From positions 1,088,001-1,152,000 of the forward strand of contig CAWFFN010000005.1 in NCBI GenBank assembly GCA_963815115.1: a DNA stretch of 64,000 bases, given 5' to 3'. Source of the DNA: an uncultured delta proteobacterium (GTDB taxonomy: Bacteria; Desulfobacterota; Binatia; DP-6). Under the pieces are notes generated by a model. That model did not search any database and was not told the origin of the DNA. It was given only the letters and a program-made list of their open reading frames with translations. The position numbers and the translations under genes are program-made. Positions 1 to 13,500 of this stretch are shown here, piece after piece (the stretch's first letter is position 1; every line of letters starts with the position of its first letter).

Positions 1-52
1 TGGCTCGACCGCGACTGCAGCTGAACCACGGAACCAGGAAGGAGAGATCGAC

Positions 53-595
53 ATGATCAGGTACATTCTCGGGCTGAGCCTGCTGGCGGCGAGTCTGGCG
101 CCGGTCGCGGCGCGGGCAGGTCCCGACATGGGTGGAGGCCCGCCGATGTTCATGCATGGCGGGATGCACGGGCCGTTTCACGACCAGATGCTGCTCGGAG
201 ACGATCCCGGGCTGATGCTTCCGGCGCTGCTCCAGGGGGTCGGGCTCAACGAGGACCAGAAGAAGCAGATCCAGGAGATCCTGAAGACCAACCGGACGGC
301 GCTGTTCGCGCTCTTCGGCCAGCTCCGAACCGCCAACCAGGCCCTCGCCGACAAGCTCATCTCGGCCGGCCCTCTCACCAAGGCCGACCTGCAGCCCCTG
401 ATGGACCAGGTGATGAAGGTCCGGGGCGACATCATGAGCCACGGGCTCGACGTCGCCCTCCAGGTCCGGGGACTCCTGAGCCAGGATCAGCTCGCCAAGG
501 CCGTCGAGGTGAAAGCCAAGATGCGCGAGCTGCGCAACCAGATGCGCCAGCTGCTGGGCGAGCCGGAAGCGCCTCCCCTGGGCGGCGGCGACTAG
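53..595 (+). CDS. Spy/CpxP-like periplasmic protein (heavy-metal sensor/chaperone family)
   Basis: Signal peptide, His/Met/Gly-rich N-terminus, LNEDQ and LSQDQ (LTxxQ-like) motifs, RBS GGAGAG. Confidence 0.75.
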   Translation: MIRYILGLSLLAASLAPVAARAGPDMGGGPPMFMHGGMHGPFHDQMLLGDDPGLMLPALLQGVGLNEDQKKQIQEILKTNRTALFALFGQLRTANQALADKLISAGPLTKADLQPLMDQVMKVRGDIMSHGLDVALQVRGLLSQDQLAKAVEVKAKMRELRNQMRQLLGEPEAPPLGGGD

Positions 596-780
596 GAGAG
601 CGACCCGAGACTCCGTCTCGGTCGGCACGGAGAGCGAGGTCGAGGCTGGCTGGACCGTGCGGCCGTCGTGCCGCGGCCGGCGAAGCCGGCGCGGCAGACG
701 TTCCGGAGCGCGACCGCCCGATCCACCGAACGCCACACGCTCGCCTCCGCACTCGACCCGAGACGGAGTCCCGGGTCGAG
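596..780. mobile_element. MITE-like repeat, copy 1
   Basis: Begins right after CTAG (592-595). Terminal hairpins cgacccgagac-tcc-gtctcggtcg and cgacccgagacggagtcccgggtcg. Collinear similarity with 15994-16294. The left end matches the IS1182 right IR at 17/20 positions. Confidence 0.7.
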
Positions 781-801
781 AGTGCTTCTCGCGTCCGGCG
801 C

Positions 802-2079
802 ATGCCCTTCATACAATGCCGGGCTCGCGTGCTGCTCTACCCCCGCGCCACCGTCGCTCGCGATCTCGACGCCGTCACCCGCGTCCGCTGGGAGGCGGAG
901 ATCGCGCCGCGCGAGCTCGACGTCGAGGTGGACGCGCGGGATCGCGTCTGGACTGCGGCACAGCGGCTGTACTCGAGCGGCCTCCATCCTGCGCTCGCGC
1001 TCTGCGTCCGCCGGCACGGCGGCGTGCTGCTCGACCGCGCCATCGGCCACGTGCGCGGCAACGGTCCCGGCGATTCGCCGGATGCGGTCCGGGTGCAGCT
1101 GACGCCCGATTCGCCGTTCTGCACGCTGTCGGCGTCGAAGGCGGTGACCGCCATGCTGATCCATCTCCTCGATCAGCGGAATCTGCTCCGGCTGGACGAT
1201 CCGGTCTGCGAGTACATCCCGGAGTTCGCCGCGAACGACAAGCAATGGATCACGATCCGGCACGTGCTCACCCATCGCTCCGGCATCCCGAACCTGCCGC
1301 CCGAGGTGATGCACCTCGGCAGCCTCGGGGACCCGGACGCGGTGATCCGCATCCTCTGCGCGACGCGCCCGACGGGTCGTGCGGGCCGGCAGCTCGCGTA
1401 TCACGCCATCACCGGCGGCTTCGTCCTCGGCGAGGTGGTCCGGCGTGTGACCGGCAAGACCGTGCGCACGGTCCTCGACGAGGAGATCGCCAGTCCCCTG
1501 GGCTTCCGCTGGCTGCGCTACGGGGTCGATCCCGCCGACACCGGCCAGGTGGTCACCAACTACGTCACCGGACCGCCGCCGTTGCCGCCCCTGTCGACGC
1601 TGCTCCGGCGCGCGCTCGGCGTCAGCCACCGTGAGGTCGTCGAGATCTCGAACGACGTGCGGTTCCTCACCGGGATCGTGCCGTCGGGGAACGTGATCGG
1701 GACGGCCAACGAGATGAGCCGGTTCTTCCAGCTGCTGCTCGACGGCGGCATCCTCGACGGGGTGCGCGTCTTCGACGAGCGCACCGTGCGGCGCGCCACC
1801 GTCGAGCACTCCTACCTGGAGATCGACCTCACCCTGGGGTTTCCCTTCCGCTACGGCATGGGTTTCATGCTGGGAGCGGAGTGGTTCAGCCCGTACGGGC
1901 CCTATACCCGCCATGCCTACGGTCACATCGGCTTCACCAACATCCTGTGCTGGGCGGATCCGGAGCGGCGGGTGGCGGCGGCGCTCCTCACCAGCGGCAA
2001 GCCGCTCGTCTATCCCGAGCTCTATTACCTCTTCGACCTTCTGCGGCAGATCGGCCTCGCCTGTCCCGCGGTCGGCTGA
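802..2079 (+). CDS. Serine hydrolase, beta-lactamase class C/esterase (LipE-like) family
   Basis: SASK (SxxK), LTHRSG, AYH and YGHIG motifs; the true start may lie slightly downstream. Confidence 0.85.
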   Translation: MPFIQCRARVLLYPRATVARDLDAVTRVRWEAEIAPRELDVEVDARDRVWTAAQRLYSSGLHPALALCVRRHGGVLLDRAIGHVRGNGPGDSPDAVRVQLTPDSPFCTLSASKAVTAMLIHLLDQRNLLRLDDPVCEYIPEFAANDKQWITIRHVLTHRSGIPNLPPEVMHLGSLGDPDAVIRILCATRPTGRAGRQLAYHAITGGFVLGEVVRRVTGKTVRTVLDEEIASPLGFRWLRYGVDPADTGQVVTNYVTGPPPLPPLSTLLRRALGVSHREVVEISNDVRFLTGIVPSGNVIGTANEMSRFFQLLLDGGILDGVRVFDERTVRRATVEHSYLEIDLTLGFPFRYGMGFMLGAEWFSPYGPYTRHAYGHIGFTNILCWADPERRVAAALLTSGKPLVYPELYYLFDLLRQIGLACPAVG

Positions 2080-2148
2080 CGCGCTCCGGCGCGCGCGGAG
2101 CCCCGGCAGGCTCTTGCCCCGCGGCATGGCGGCCGATAGACGCGAGCC

Positions 2149-2997
2149 ATGGCGATCCGACTCGCGTGTACCGGCGGCCGCGCCCAGCTCGTGCGCGGTG
2201 ATCGCTGCCTCGACGTCGAGCATGCCTCGAACGGGCGCTTCCCGGCCGATCCGATGGCCGGGCTCGGAGCCTGGAGTGCGCTCGTCGACTGGGGCAGCGG
2301 GCTCGGCGATGGCCGCTTCGACGAGCCGGCGGAACGCGCGCGCTTCGATGCGCCGGTCCCACGGCCCGCGAAGGTCTTCGCCATCGGCCTGAACTACCGC
2401 GGTCATGCGAGCGAGGCGGGGCTCGACCTCCCCACCGCGCCGATGGTGTTCACGAAGTTCCCGAACTGCCTCGCCGGCCCGCACGCCCGGGTGAGCCTGT
2501 CGTCGGACTTCGTCGACTACGAGGCCGAGCTGGTCGTGGTCATCGGCCGCCGGACGCGTGACGTCGCCGCCGCGCGGGCGCTCGAGGTCGTCGCCGGCTA
2601 CGCTGCAGGCCAGGACATCTCGGACCGCAAGCTCCAGTTCAGCGACAAGCCGCCGCAGTTCTCGCTCGGGAAGTCGATCGACTCCTTCGGCCCCCTGGGC
2701 CCGGAGGTGGTGTCGCTGGACGCCATCCCCGACCCCAACGACCTCGAGATCGTGTGCGCCGTGAACGACGAGCGCCTGCAGCACGCCCGCACGACCGACA
2801 TGGTCTTCTCGGTGCCGGAGCTGGTGTCGTACCTCTCCCGCTTCTGCACCCTGGAGCCGGGCGATCTGATCTTCACCGGGACGCCGGCGGGCGTCGGCTC
2901 GGTACGCTCGCCGCGCCGGTACTTGAAGCCCGGCGACGTCATCTCCACGGCGATCGAGGGCGTCGGCAACCTCGTGAACGTGTGCGTAGCGAAGTAG
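2149..2997 (+). CDS. Fumarylacetoacetate hydrolase family protein
   Basis: IGLNYRGH, DYEAEL, GQDISDR and GDLIFTGTPAGVG motifs. Confidence 0.9.
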   Translation: MAIRLACTGGRAQLVRGDRCLDVEHASNGRFPADPMAGLGAWSALVDWGSGLGDGRFDEPAERARFDAPVPRPAKVFAIGLNYRGHASEAGLDLPTAPMVFTKFPNCLAGPHARVSLSSDFVDYEAELVVVIGRRTRDVAAARALEVVAGYAAGQDISDRKLQFSDKPPQFSLGKSIDSFGPLGPEVVSLDAIPDPNDLEIVCAVNDERLQHARTTDMVFSVPELVSYLSRFCTLEPGDLIFTGTPAGVGSVRSPRRYLKPGDVISTAIEGVGNLVNVCVAK

Positions 2998-3019
2998 CGG
3001 CCCGACAGGAGGAGCGTTC

Positions 3020-3811
3020 ATGACGACCCTGCGCGAGCGGTATGGAGACTGGGCCGTGGTCACGGGTGCCTCGGCGGGCATCGGAACCGCCTTCGCGCGC
3101 TCGCTCGCACGCGACGGGGTGTCGTGCGTCCTGACGGCTCGCCGTGCCGACCGCCTCCAGGCGCTGGCGCAGGAGCTCCAGGGCACGTACGGCGTGCAGA
3201 CGCTGGTCGAGGCCGTCGACCTGGCGGAGCCGGGCGGCGCGGAGCAGCTGATCGCCGCCGTCGCCCACCTGTCCATCGCGATCCTGGTCAACAATGCCGG
3301 CTTCGGCGGCGCCGGCCGCTTCGACAAGCTCGACGCCGGCCGCCTGCAGGCGATGGTGCATCTCAACTGCGTCGCGCCGGTCGTCCTCACGCGCGGGCTG
3401 CTGCCCGCGATGGTGCAACGTGGGCGCGGCGCGGTGATCGTCGTCGGATCCGTGGCGGGTCGCCAGCCCCTCCCGCTGCACGGCGTCTACGCCGCCACCA
3501 AGGCCTTCGATCGCTTCCTCGGTGAATCGCTGTGGGCCGAGATGCAGGGCACCGGCGTCGATGTCCTGGTCCTCGAGCCCGGGGCGACCGCGACCGAGTT
3601 CCAGGCCGTGGCAGGTGAGCTGGCGCACGGCGGGGAGCCGCCCGAGCAGGTGGTCGCCGTGGCGCTGGCCGCGCTCGGCCGGCAGCCGTCGGTGATCTCG
3701 GGATGGCTCAACTGGCTGCGCGCGCAGTCCACCCGCTTCGTGCCGGACAGCCTCGTGCTCCGTCTGGCCCAGCAGGTGACGAGCGCCTGGACGCCCGCGG
3801 AGATGCGCTGA
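3020..3811 (+). CDS. Short-chain dehydrogenase/reductase
   Basis: TGASAGIG, NNAG and YAATK motifs; RBS AGGAGG. Confidence 0.9.
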   Translation: MTTLRERYGDWAVVTGASAGIGTAFARSLARDGVSCVLTARRADRLQALAQELQGTYGVQTLVEAVDLAEPGGAEQLIAAVAHLSIAILVNNAGFGGAGRFDKLDAGRLQAMVHLNCVAPVVLTRGLLPAMVQRGRGAVIVVGSVAGRQPLPLHGVYAATKAFDRFLGESLWAEMQGTGVDVLVLEPGATATEFQAVAGELAHGGEPPEQVVAVALAALGRQPSVISGWLNWLRAQSTRFVPDSLVLRLAQQVTSAWTPAEMR

Positions 3812-3812
3812 C

Positions 3813-4643
3813 ATGGCGAGTGCCCGCCCGCGGGCCATCGACTGCTGGCTGAACGTTCCGGTCGGCTTTGCCAGCTACCGGCCCGAGTTCCTCGTCCGCG
3901 TGGCGCGCGACTACTTCAAGCGCGAGCAGGAGATCTTCGAGCCGGCGCCGCTGCCCGACCTGCTGCGCCAGATGGAGGAGTCCGGGGTCGAGCGCGCCAT
4001 CATCACCATGGACGCGAGCAACCCGGAGCCGTTCGACGAGATCGTGCAGGCGTTCCCGGGCAAGTTCCTGTGCTCGGCGGTGGTCGACCCCACACACGGC
4101 ATGGAGACGCTGCGCCTGATCGAGCGCCTTGCGACCAAGCACGCCCTCGGGCTCGTGCGCATCGTGCCCTTCCTGGTGAACCGGCCCCCGAACGACAAGA
4201 GCTACTATCCGGTCTATGCCAAGTGCATCGAGCTCGGACTGCCGATCTCGATCAACACCGGCATCCCGGGTCCCCCCATGCCGGCGGAGCCCCAGCGCCC
4301 GCTCTACCTCGACGAGGTGTGCCTGTTCTTCCCGGAGCTCACGGTGGTCATGGCGCACGGCGCCGACCCCTGGTGGGGCGAGGCGATCCGGCTCCTGCTC
4401 AAGTACCCCAACCTGTACATGATGACGTCGGCCTACGCGCCGAAGTACCTGCCGGCCGAGCTGATCCAATTCATGAACACGCGCGGGACGCAGAAGGTGC
4501 TGTTCGCCTCCGATCACCCGGTGCTCTCCTTCGAGCGCTGCCTGCGCGAGGCCGAGGCGCTCCCGTTCCGCGAGGGCGTCCTCGAGCAGTATCTCCGCGG
4601 AAATGCACTGCGTGTCTTCCGATGGTCCAGTGATGCAGGGTGA
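3813..4643 (+). CDS. Amidohydrolase_2 family metal-dependent hydrolase
   Basis: YYPVYAKC, VMAHG and VLFASDHP motifs. Confidence 0.85.
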   Translation: MASARPRAIDCWLNVPVGFASYRPEFLVRVARDYFKREQEIFEPAPLPDLLRQMEESGVERAIITMDASNPEPFDEIVQAFPGKFLCSAVVDPTHGMETLRLIERLATKHALGLVRIVPFLVNRPPNDKSYYPVYAKCIELGLPISINTGIPGPPMPAEPQRPLYLDEVCLFFPELTVVMAHGADPWWGEAIRLLLKYPNLYMMTSAYAPKYLPAELIQFMNTRGTQKVLFASDHPVLSFERCLREAEALPFREGVLEQYLRGNALRVFRWSSDAG

Positions 4644-4684
4644 TTTGCACCAGTCCGGGCGGTATAGTAGCCGGCTCGACTTCC

Positions 4685-5794
4685 ATGGGACCGCGGCTGG
4701 CAGATGCGACGAGCCGCACGCGAGCCTGGCTGGCCCTCGCTCTCGTGCCCGGACTCGGACCCGCGCAGGCGCGCCGCCTCGTCGAGCGCTTCGGCAGCCC
4801 GGAGGCGGTCTGTGCGCTGTCCCCGGCGGCGCTGGCAGGTACGGGTGTCGCGGCGGTAGTCGCAGACGCGTGGTCCCGGGCGAGCGGGCTCGCTGCCAGC
4901 GAGCTCGAGCGACTCGCCCGGCTCGGCGCCTCCGTACGGGCGTGGGACGACGCCGCCTATCCGGCACGGCTCCGGGCGATCGCCGATCCGCCGCTCGCGC
5001 TCGCCGTCCGCGGCGCGCTGGAGGCCGACGAGCTCGCGGTCGCCGTGGTGGGCGCCCGGCGGGCGAGCGCCTACGGCCGCCGGGTGGCCGAGGAGCTGGC
5101 CCAGGGGCTGGCGGCGGCGGGGCTGACGGTGGTGAGCGGGCTCGCCACCGGGATCGACGCGGCCGCCCACCGCGGGGCGCTCGTCGTCCGGGGGCGCACC
5201 GTGGCGGTGCTGGCGACCGGCGTCGACGGGGTGTACCCGCCCTGGCACGCCGGCCTCGCCCGCGAGGTGGCCGCCAGCGGCGCCCTGGTCTCGGAGTTCG
5301 CCTGCGGCACGCCGCCCCTCCCGCATCACTTCCCGCGTCGCAATCGGCTCATCAGCGGCCTCACCCTCGGCACGGTGGTCGTCGAGGCGACGCCCGGGAG
5401 CGGCTCGCTCATCACGGCGCGCTACGCGCTGGAGCAGGGGCGCGAGGTCTTCGCCGTGCCGGGCCCGGTGGGGGTCGCGCTGCACGGCGGCACGCACCAG
5501 CTCATCCGCTCGGGTGCGACCCTCGTGCGCAGCGCCGAGGACGTCATCGACGAGATCGCGCCGGCGCTGCGCGCACGGCTCGCGGCCGCGCGCGCGGCGG
5601 CGACTGCGGCGGCCCTGAGCGACGTCGAGATCCGGGTGATGGATGCCGTGCGTGCTGGCGGAGCGCACGTCGATGACGTCATCCGCCACACGGCACTGGC
5701 CCCGGGCTTCGCGCTCGAGACGCTGCTCGCCCTCGAGCTCCGCGGACTCCTCGAGCAGCAGCCCGGGATGCGCTTCCGGGCACGGGCGGCCTGA
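4685..5794 (+). CDS. dprA: DNA-processing protein DprA/Smf
   Basis: VSGLATGID, HRGAL, FPRRNRLISGL, SGSLITA motifs; C-terminal winged helix; upstream of topA. Confidence 0.95.
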   Translation: MGPRLADATSRTRAWLALALVPGLGPAQARRLVERFGSPEAVCALSPAALAGTGVAAVVADAWSRASGLAASELERLARLGASVRAWDDAAYPARLRAIADPPLALAVRGALEADELAVAVVGARRASAYGRRVAEELAQGLAAAGLTVVSGLATGIDAAAHRGALVVRGRTVAVLATGVDGVYPPWHAGLAREVAASGALVSEFACGTPPLPHHFPRRNRLISGLTLGTVVVEATPGSGSLITARYALEQGREVFAVPGPVGVALHGGTHQLIRSGATLVRSAEDVIDEIAPALRARLAAARAAATAAALSDVEIRVMDAVRAGGAHVDDVIRHTALAPGFALETLLALELRGLLEQQPGMRFRARAA

Positions 5795-5796
5795 CC

Positions 5797-8240
<2,444 letters not shown>

Positions 8241-8244
<4 letters not shown>

Positions 8245-9581
8245 GCGAGCGGGTCGCCATCGTCGGCGGCGGGCTGGCCGGGTGCGAGGCCGCCTGGCAG
8301 CTGGCACGCGCCGGCGTCGCGGTCGACCTCCACGAGATGCGTCCGCGGCGCGGCACCGCGGCGCATGCGACGGATCGGCTGGGCGAGCTCGTCTGCTCCA
8401 ATTCCTTTCGCAACGCCTCGCTGGAGACGGCGGTGGGCTTGCTCAAGGAGGAGATGCGGCAACTCGGCTCCGTCGTCATGCAGGTGGCCGACGGCCACCG
8501 CGTCCCGGCGGGAGCGTGCCTGGCCGTCGATCGCACCGGCTTCGCCGCGGAGCTGACCCGCCTGATCGAGGCCGAGCCGCTCATCCGCCTCGTGCGCGAG
8601 GAGGTGACGGCCATCCCGGCGGGTCTCACCATCGTCGCCTCGGGGCCGCTCACCTCGCCCGCGCTGTCGGCGGCGCTCAGCGACGCCCTGGGCACCAAGC
8701 ACCTCTACTTCTACGACGCCATCGCCCCCACGGTCACCACCGACTCGATCGACATGGCGATCGCCTGGAAGGCGTCGCGCTACGACAAGGGCGGCGACGA
8801 CTACGTGAACTGTCCCCTGGGGCGCGACGAGTACTACGCGTTCGTGGGCGCCGTCGCGGCGGCGGAGAAGGTGCCGACGCGCGACTTCGAGCGCTGCGTC
8901 TACTTCGAGGGCTGCATGCCGATCGAGGAGATGGTCCGCCGCGGGCCCGACACGCTCGCCTTCGGTCCGATGCGTCCGGTCGGGCTGATCGATCCGCGGA
9001 CCGGGGCGCGGGCGTTCGCGTGCGTGCAGCTGCGCCAGGACGACGCCGAGGGCCGGCTCTACAACATGGTCGGGTTCCAGACCAAGATGACCTATCCCGA
9101 GCAGCGCCGCATCTTCCGGATGATCCCGGGCCTCGCGAAGGCGGACTTCGTGCGCCTCGGGAGCCTGCACCGCAACACCTACGTCGATGCGCCGGCGCTC
9201 CTCATGCCGTCGCTCCAGGTGGTGCACCGGCGGCAGCTGCTGCTGGCGGGGCAGATCGTCGGAGTCGAGGGCTACGTCGAGTCCGCCGCCACGGGCCTGC
9301 TCGCGGGGCTCAATGCCACGCGCCTGCTGCGCGGCGCGGTCCCGGTGATTCCGCCGCGGACCACCGCGCTGGGCTCCCTGCTCGCCTACATCACCCAGCG
9401 CGGGCGGAAGGAGTTCCAGCCGATGAACGCCAACTACGGGCTCTTCCCGCCGATGGCGCGGTCGCTGCGAGGCGGTGAGAAGAAGCGTGCCTTCGCCGAG
9501 CGCGCGCTCGGGGCGCTCGGGCGCTGGCGCGACGAGGCCGGGCTCGCGACCGCGGGGGCGGGCTCGGTGTCGGTGGCGTGA
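8241..9581 (+). CDS. trmFO: Methylenetetrahydrofolate--tRNA-(uracil-54)-methyltransferase TrmFO
   Basis: Starts MSERVAIVGGGLAGCEAAWQ (ATGA overlap with topA); ELVCSNS, YFEGCMPIE, GVEGYVES motifs. Confidence 0.95.
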
Positions 9582-10516
9582 TGCCCGGCGCCGCCGGCTC
9601 GGAGGCACTGCGCGCCTCGGTCGTCGACGTCGGCAGCAACACGGTCCTGCTCCTCACCCTCGGCGTCCGGTCCGACGGTCGTGCCAGCACACGGGATTCC
9701 GCGCTGACCACGACGCGCCTCGCCGCCGGCCTGCGCGACGGCCAGCCCCTCGACCCCGAGGCGCGGGCACGAACCCGCGATGCGGTGGTGGAGATGGCGC
9801 GGCGAGCCCGGTCGCTGGGCGCCCGCTCGATCTGGGCCTTCGCCACCGGCGCCGCGCGCCGCGCCAGCGACGGCCGCGCCTTCGCCGCCGAGCTGGCGCG
9901 CGCCGCCGGCTGTCCCGTCGAGGTGCTGTCGGGCGAGCAGGAGGCCGCGCTGGCGTATGCGGCCGTGAGGCACGCGCTCGGCGGCGACGACGCGGCACTC
10001 CTCACGGTCGACATCGGGGGCGCGACGACCGAGCTGACCCTCGGCCGCGGCGATGCCGTCGAGGGCATGCTGAGCCTTCCGATCGGAGCGCTGGCGCTCA
10101 CGGAGCGGGGAGGGGATACGGCTGGCCTCGTCGACGCCGCGCTCGCCACCACCGAGCTGCCGGCCCTCGCGCGCGCGCGGGGGGCCGCCGTGCTGGCCTC
10201 TGGCGGGACCGCGACCGCGCTCGCGGCGCTCGACCTCGGGCTCCCGGCCTACGACTCCGCGCGCGTCCACGGTCACGCGCTGGCGGTCGGACGCCTCGCC
10301 GCGCTCGCGGGACGGGCGCACCGTGCCGCGGAGGGTGTCCTCGATCCCGGGCGCGCACGCGTCCTGCCGGCAGGGGCGTGCGTGCTGGAACGTGTGGCGC
10401 GTGCGTCGGGCGTCACCACGGTCCGTGCCAGCGACCACGGCGTGCGCCATGCCTATCTCCGGCAACGGCTCGCGAGCGCGGGAGTCGACGCCGACCTGCG
10501 AGCCCTGTGGGATTGA
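9578..10516 (+). CDS. ppx: Ppx/GppA family exopolyphosphatase (short form)
   Basis: DVGSNT, LSGEQEA, DIGGATTE and SGGTAT motifs. Confidence 0.8.
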   Translation: MMPGAAGSEALRASVVDVGSNTVLLLTLGVRSDGRASTRDSALTTTRLAAGLRDGQPLDPEARARTRDAVVEMARRARSLGARSIWAFATGAARRASDGRAFAAELARAAGCPVEVLSGEQEAALAYAAVRHALGGDDAALLTVDIGGATTELTLGRGDAVEGMLSLPIGALALTERGGDTAGLVDAALATTELPALARARGAAVLASGGTATALAALDLGLPAYDSARVHGHALAVGRLAALAGRAHRAAEGVLDPGRARVLPAGACVLERVARASGVTTVRASDHGVRHAYLRQRLASAGVDADLRALWD

Positions 10517-13500
10517 CCGCCGAGCAGCTCGCCGCGGCACGGGTCCCCGATCCCGGCCGCGTGCTCGCGGCCGCCGCGGCGTGTGGCGAGTGGCTGGAGG
10601 CTGCGCCGCCGGGCCCGATCCTCGCCGGTCTCTCGGTCACCGCCGATCCGGCCGGAGCGCTGCACGTGCTCCGCCAACTGCTCGAGGAGACCCGGCCGGC
10701 GCTCACCTCCGCCGAGGTCGTCGCGCTCCTGCGCCTGCTCGGCGGCAGCCCCGCGCTCGCCAAGGCGCTCGCCGCGGAGGGCGCTGGCTGGCCGGCGGTC
10801 CTGCGCGGGCTCCTGGCGGAGGAGCGGCGCGACGCGGCGGCGCATCGCGACGCGCTCGATGCCCTCGGCGTCGCCGGGGCGCTCCCGCGCGAGACGCTGC
10901 AGGCGCGGCTCCGCCTCTATCGCCGCCGCGAGCTGCTGCGCGTGGGAGGCCGGGATCTTCTCGGCCTCGCGACCGTCGACGACACGATGCGCGAGCTGAG
11001 CGCGCTGGCCGATGCGGTGATCGACGCCGCGCTCGCCTCCACCCGGGCCCGCCTGGCGGAGGAATGGGGAGGCGACGGGCAGGTCGCATTCGTCGTCCTC
11101 GGCATGGGCAAGCTCGGCGGCGGCGAGCTCAACTACAGCTCCGACGTCGATCTGGTCTACGTCTACGATCGCGACGGCGACCATCCCGGCGGCCGGACGC
11201 TGCGCGAGTTCTGCGTGCGGATCGGGCAGGAGGTGACCCGTGCCCTCGCGGAGGTGACGGCCGACGGCTTCTGCTTCCGCGTCGATCTGCGCTTGCGACC
11301 GGGAGGCGGCGAGGGACCGGTGGCGGTGTCGCTGGCCGCGCTCGTCTCCTACTACGAGGCCTTCGGTCAGACCTGGGAGCGCGCCGCGTGGCTGAAGGCT
11401 CGCCGCGTGGCAGGCGATCACGACCTGGGTCAGGCGATCACGCGGGAGCTGACGCCGTTCGTGTACCGGCGCTTCCTCGACTACGGCATGCTGGAGGACC
11501 TGAATGCGATGAAGCGGCGCGTGGACGCGTCGCTGCGAGACCCGGGCGCCCATCGGCGCAACGTGAAGCTGGGGCGTGGCGGCATCCGGGCGGTCGAGTT
11601 CTGGGTCCAGGCGCACCAGCTGATTCACGGCGGCAAGGACCTGCGCTTGCGCGAGCGCAGCACGCTCGGCGCGCTCGCCGTCCTCGCGGACGCCGGCTAC
11701 GCGACCCGGGAGCAGACCGCCACGCTGGCGGCGGCGTACCGCTTCCTGCGCGATCTCGAGCACAAGCTGCAGATCGTCCAGGAGCGCCAGACGCAGATCG
11801 TTCCCGACGATCCCGAGGAGCTCGGCATGCTGGTGCGCCGGCTCGGCCTCACCGGCGACGATGCCGAGGCCGAGTTCTGGCGGCGCCACGAAACCCACAC
11901 GGGTGTGGTGGACGCCGCCTTCACGGCGCTGTTCCACGGTCCGGAGGAGGAGCGCCGGCGCGAGGAGCGTCCCGAGCTCACCACCCTCATGGATTCGCTC
12001 GAGCACGAGGAGCAGGCGCTCTCGCGGCTCGGTCAGCTCGGCTTCCGCGACCTCGAGGGCGCACGGCGGGAGCTCCGCCTGCTACGCGACGGACCGTCCT
12101 ACGCGCCGGCGTCGCCGCGCCGTCGCGAAGCGCTGGCGGCGCTGGCCCCGAGCCTGCTCGCCGAGATCGCCGCCTCCGCGGCGCCCGACGGTGCCTTGCA
12201 CCACGTCGCCAGCTTCATCACCACCGTCGGCGCGCGCACGAGCTATCTCCACCTGCTGCTGGAGAACCCGGGCATCATGCGGCTGCTGGTGCGGCTCTTC
12301 GCCACCAGCGAGTTCCTGTCCCGCTTCTTCCTGCGCCATCCCGAGCTCCTCGACAGCCTGGTGCGCGCCGATCTCGTGCGGCTCAGGCGCTCCCGCGACG
12401 ACCTCGCGCGCGAGCTCGGTGCGCGGCTCGGCTCCGCACAGGACTACGAGTCCGAGCTGGACATCCTGCGCCGCTTCCGCAACGAGGAGTTCCTGCGCAT
12501 CGGTGTGCACGACATCCAGGGCGAGCTGCGACCGGCGGACGTCTGCAGCCAGCTCTCGGCCCTGGCCGACGTCTGCCTGGCGCAGGCGCGCGGTCTGGCG
12601 TGGCGCGACGTGACGCGGCGGCTCGAGTTGCCACCCGAGCCCCCGAGCGAGGGGCTCTCCGTGATCGCGATGGGAAAGCTCGGCGGCGAGGAGCTCAACT
12701 ACCACTCCGATCTCGACCTCATCTTCGTCTACGACGCGCGCGACGCGGACTGGTGGCGCGAGCACATGGCGCCGCACGAGTTCTTCACCCGCGTCGCGCA
12801 GCGGACGATGAACGTGCTCCAGACGTCGACGCGCGAGGGCGTTGCCTACCGCATCGACACGCGCTTGCGACCGTCGGGCAACCAGGGCCCGCTGGTGTCG
12901 TCGCTCGACGCCTTCGAGGCCTATCACCGGTCGAGCGCCCAGCTCTGGGAGCGCCAGGCGCTCATCCGGGCGCGGCCCCTCGAGGGCCCGGAAGGGCTGC
13001 GTGCGCGGCTCGAGGCGACGATCACGCAGTTCGTCTACGGGCGCGGCCTCGACCCGGCCGACGTGGGCGAGATGAACAGGATGCGTGAGCGCATCGCGAC
13101 CGAGCGCGCCGCAGACGACGGGCAGCACCTCAACATCAAGACCGGCCGCGGCGGCCTGGTCGACGTCGAGTTCGTCGTCCAGATGCTCCAGCTTCGCCAT
13201 GGTCACCGCGAGCCGCGCCTGCGCCAGCGGGGGACGCGTGCGGCGCTCGCGGCGCTGGAGGCGACCGGCTTCCTGCCGGTGGACGACGCCCGCCGGCTGC
13301 ACGAGGGCTACGACTTCCTGCGTGCCCTCGAGAGCCGCCTGCGGATCGAGCGCGACCAGCCGGTCGAAGCCCTCGACACCGACCCCGACTCGCTCCTCGG
13401 CGTTGCCCGCCGGCTGGGGTACGCGGGGCCGGACGAAGCGGCGGTGGCGGCCTTGCGCGCCGATCACGAGCGGCATCGCATGGCGATCCGCGAAGCGTAC

